Origin: Armatimonadota bacterium
GTDB taxonomy: Bacteria; Sysuimicrobiota; Sysuimicrobiia; Sysuimicrobiales; Humicultoraceae
Assembly (NCBI GenBank): GCA_037443365.1
Contig: JBBIOM010000017.1
Location: 1-46,612, forward strand
Reading direction: 5' to 3'
DNA: 46,612 bases
Shown: in pieces, positions 45,260-46,612 of the stretch
Numbering within the stretch: the stretch's first letter is position 1
Layout: each line of letters opens with the position of its first letter
The notes under the pieces: model-generated
What the model was told of the DNA's origin: nothing
The model's database searches: none
What the model saw: the letters and a program-made list of their open reading frames with translations, nothing else
Made by a program: the position numbers and the translations under genes

Positions 45260-45880
45260 TCACTCGCCGGCTTCGACCCTGAGCCGGGCGCAGTCCTTGA
45301 TGCGGATGCGCGGCCCGCGCACCTCTATCAGGCCGTCCGTCTGGAGCTGCCTGAGAGTCCGGGAAAGGGTCTCGCTCGCGGTGCCGAGCAGCCGGGCCAG
45401 TTCGCCCTTCTTGATGCCGAGGGTAACAACGCAAACCTGCTCTCCGGCGCAGTTGGCGCACAGGTATCGCGCCAGACGCTGGCGCACTGTGCGCAGCCCG
45501 AGACTCTCCAGGCGGCCGCCGAGCAGCAGGCACTTGCGCGCCAGCAGCTCGATGAAGAAGCGCGCAGCGCCCGGGTGGGTCTCGATCGCGCGAAGCACGT
45601 GCGCGGCGTTGAAAGACAGCGCGCGCGTCTGGACCACGGCCTGGGCGTTGAAGGGATAGCGGCCGCCCGCGAACGCCACCGCCTCGCCGAGGAAGTCCCC
45701 GGGGCCGAACCGCGCCACCTCGAGCTCCCTGCCCTGCTCGTCCGTCTTGTACACGCGTACGCCGCCTGAGACCACGCGGAAGAACTCCGCCGCCAGCGCC
45801 CCGGCCTGGAACAGCAGGGTTCCCGACGGGTAGCCGCGGAGGATGCCCAGGGACTCAATGCTCGAATCAGGCCTGCTCAT
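45260..45880 (-). CDS. Crp/Fnr family transcriptional regulator (HcpR/DNR-like)
   Basis: cNMP-like domain (LFQAG, GGVRVY, PGDFLGE, YPFNA) and HTH ELARLLGTASETLSR. Confidence 0.88.
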   Translation of the reverse strand: MSRPDSSIESLGILRGYPSGTLLFQAGALAAEFFRVVSGGVRVYKTDEQGRELEVARFGPGDFLGEAVAFAGGRYPFNAQAVVQTRALSFNAAHVLRAIETHPGAARFFIELLARKCLLLGGRLESLGLRTVRQRLARYLCANCAGEQVCVVTLGIKKGELARLLGTASETLSRTLRQLQTDGLIEVRGPRIRIKDCARLRVEAGE

Positions 45881-45980
45881 GTCGCGCCGTGCTCATTCGC
45901 CAGGCGGCCGCGTGCTCACCTCCTCGGCGCAGAGGCTATGGCAGCCCCTCTGCCGAAGCCCGAGGGCGGGAAGGGGGTGG

Positions 45981-46334
45981 ATGGCGATGAACCTCCTGCG
46001 AAGGCTTGCTTCACTGGCAGGCCGCAAGGACGCCGGCGAGAGAGCCATGGCGATGGGCGCGGAGGACCCGCACGCCATCGTCTTCTATGTGCGCTGCGAA
46101 CACTGTGGCGAGGTCGTGCGGGTTCGCGCCGACAGGCGGTGGGACCTGGTTCAGGAATTCGGCGACGGCGTGGTTGGCTACACCCTGCACAAGGAGATCC
46201 TGGGCACGCGCTGCAACCGCATGATGACGGCGCGCATCGGCTTCGATGGCAGGTACGCCATCACGTCCCAAGAGGCGCACGGCGGTGCCTTCGCTTCGCA
46301 GGAGGAGTACGAGGCGGCCCGCGCCGGCATGTAG
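45981..46334 (+). CDS. Hypothetical protein with CxxC plus a third Cys (possible metal binding)
   Basis: AAGGGGG RBS; YVRCEHCGE, KEILGTRC, FD, GG; GC3-rich codons. Confidence 0.65.
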   Translation: MAMNLLRRLASLAGRKDAGERAMAMGAEDPHAIVFYVRCEHCGEVVRVRADRRWDLVQEFGDGVVGYTLHKEILGTRCNRMMTARIGFDGRYAITSQEAHGGAFASQEEYEAARAGM

Positions 46335-46350
46335 GGGGCTTCCGGAATGC

Positions 46351-46439
46351 GGGCGGCCTCAGACACTGACCACAGCCGGCCTTCGCCGTCGAACGTAACA
46401 TCCTCGATGCCGATGACCATGTCATAGCGCGCGATGGTG
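46351..46439 (-). pseudogene. Possible fragment of a beta-propeller-type protein
   Basis: TIARYDMVIGIEDVTFDGEGRLWSVSEAA reads like a propeller blade with coding-like codons; no credible start or flanking coding sequence. Confidence 0.25.
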
Positions 46440-46540
46440 GAAGCGCACGGTGCTTGGGCTGGAGCAGGGAGAGCTGCGCGCGGGGCAACGCGCCGAACTG
46501 GCCATTCTGTTAGCGTATCAGGCCGGGAGCCAGCGGCCAT

Positions 46541-46572
46541 GCAGATGGGGGGCCACCTAGCCCCCCATCTGC
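46541..46572. terminator. Strong hairpin, probable intrinsic terminator
   Basis: 13-bp perfect stem GCAGATGGGGGGC / GCCCCCCATCTGC with a 6-nt loop; only a weak U-tract. Confidence 0.55.
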
Positions 46573-46612
46573 CGTTCTTCGATCGGTGCCGCCGGGCGTG
46601 CTAGCGTATGAA

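Noticed and set aside
1-46612. CRISPR array, rRNA, tRNA (including tRNA-Sec), IS elements
   Set aside because: Intergenic gaps are short and I saw no regularly spaced repeats, cloverleaf with T-loop consensus, or transposase ORF. This was manual inspection only.

Overview
High-GC bacterial chromosomal segment (about 70% GC by eye) with about 40 protein-coding genes. I saw no rRNA, tRNA, CRISPR array or transposase/integrase. Left part: arsenite methyltransferase, a TPR lytic transglycosylase, then minus-strand runs mixing glycogen genes (glgA, GalT-like, GH57) with C2/C3 acid genes (glcD-glcF-glcE, lutABC, alanine/serine-glyoxylate aminotransferase, glycerate kinase). Middle: an operon for an alkyl-DHAP-synthase-like flavoprotein, a GlpD-like enzyme and a long-chain-alcohol-oxidase-like GMC enzyme, near glpK; this is a candidate ether-lipid catabolic route. 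Next is a lower-GC, glycine-reductase-like selenoprotein cluster (grdE-grdB-trxB-grdC-grdA) that the ORF track splits. grdB and grdA each contain an in-frame UGA followed by a SECIS-like hairpin. GrdB has U-G-T-D-T-R-C in place of the canonical UxxCxxC, and grdD and trxA are absent from the cluster. A small FmdB-type zinc-ribbon gene may be a third selenoprotein. Right part: four-subunit 2-oxoacid:ferredoxin oxidoreductase, an atypical M28 peptidase, an Mre11/Rad50-like pair lacking a zinc hook, an aspartic protease, and a Crp/Fnr regulator with a ferredoxin gene behind an Fnr-type box. All calls come from motif recognition by eye; no database searches were run.
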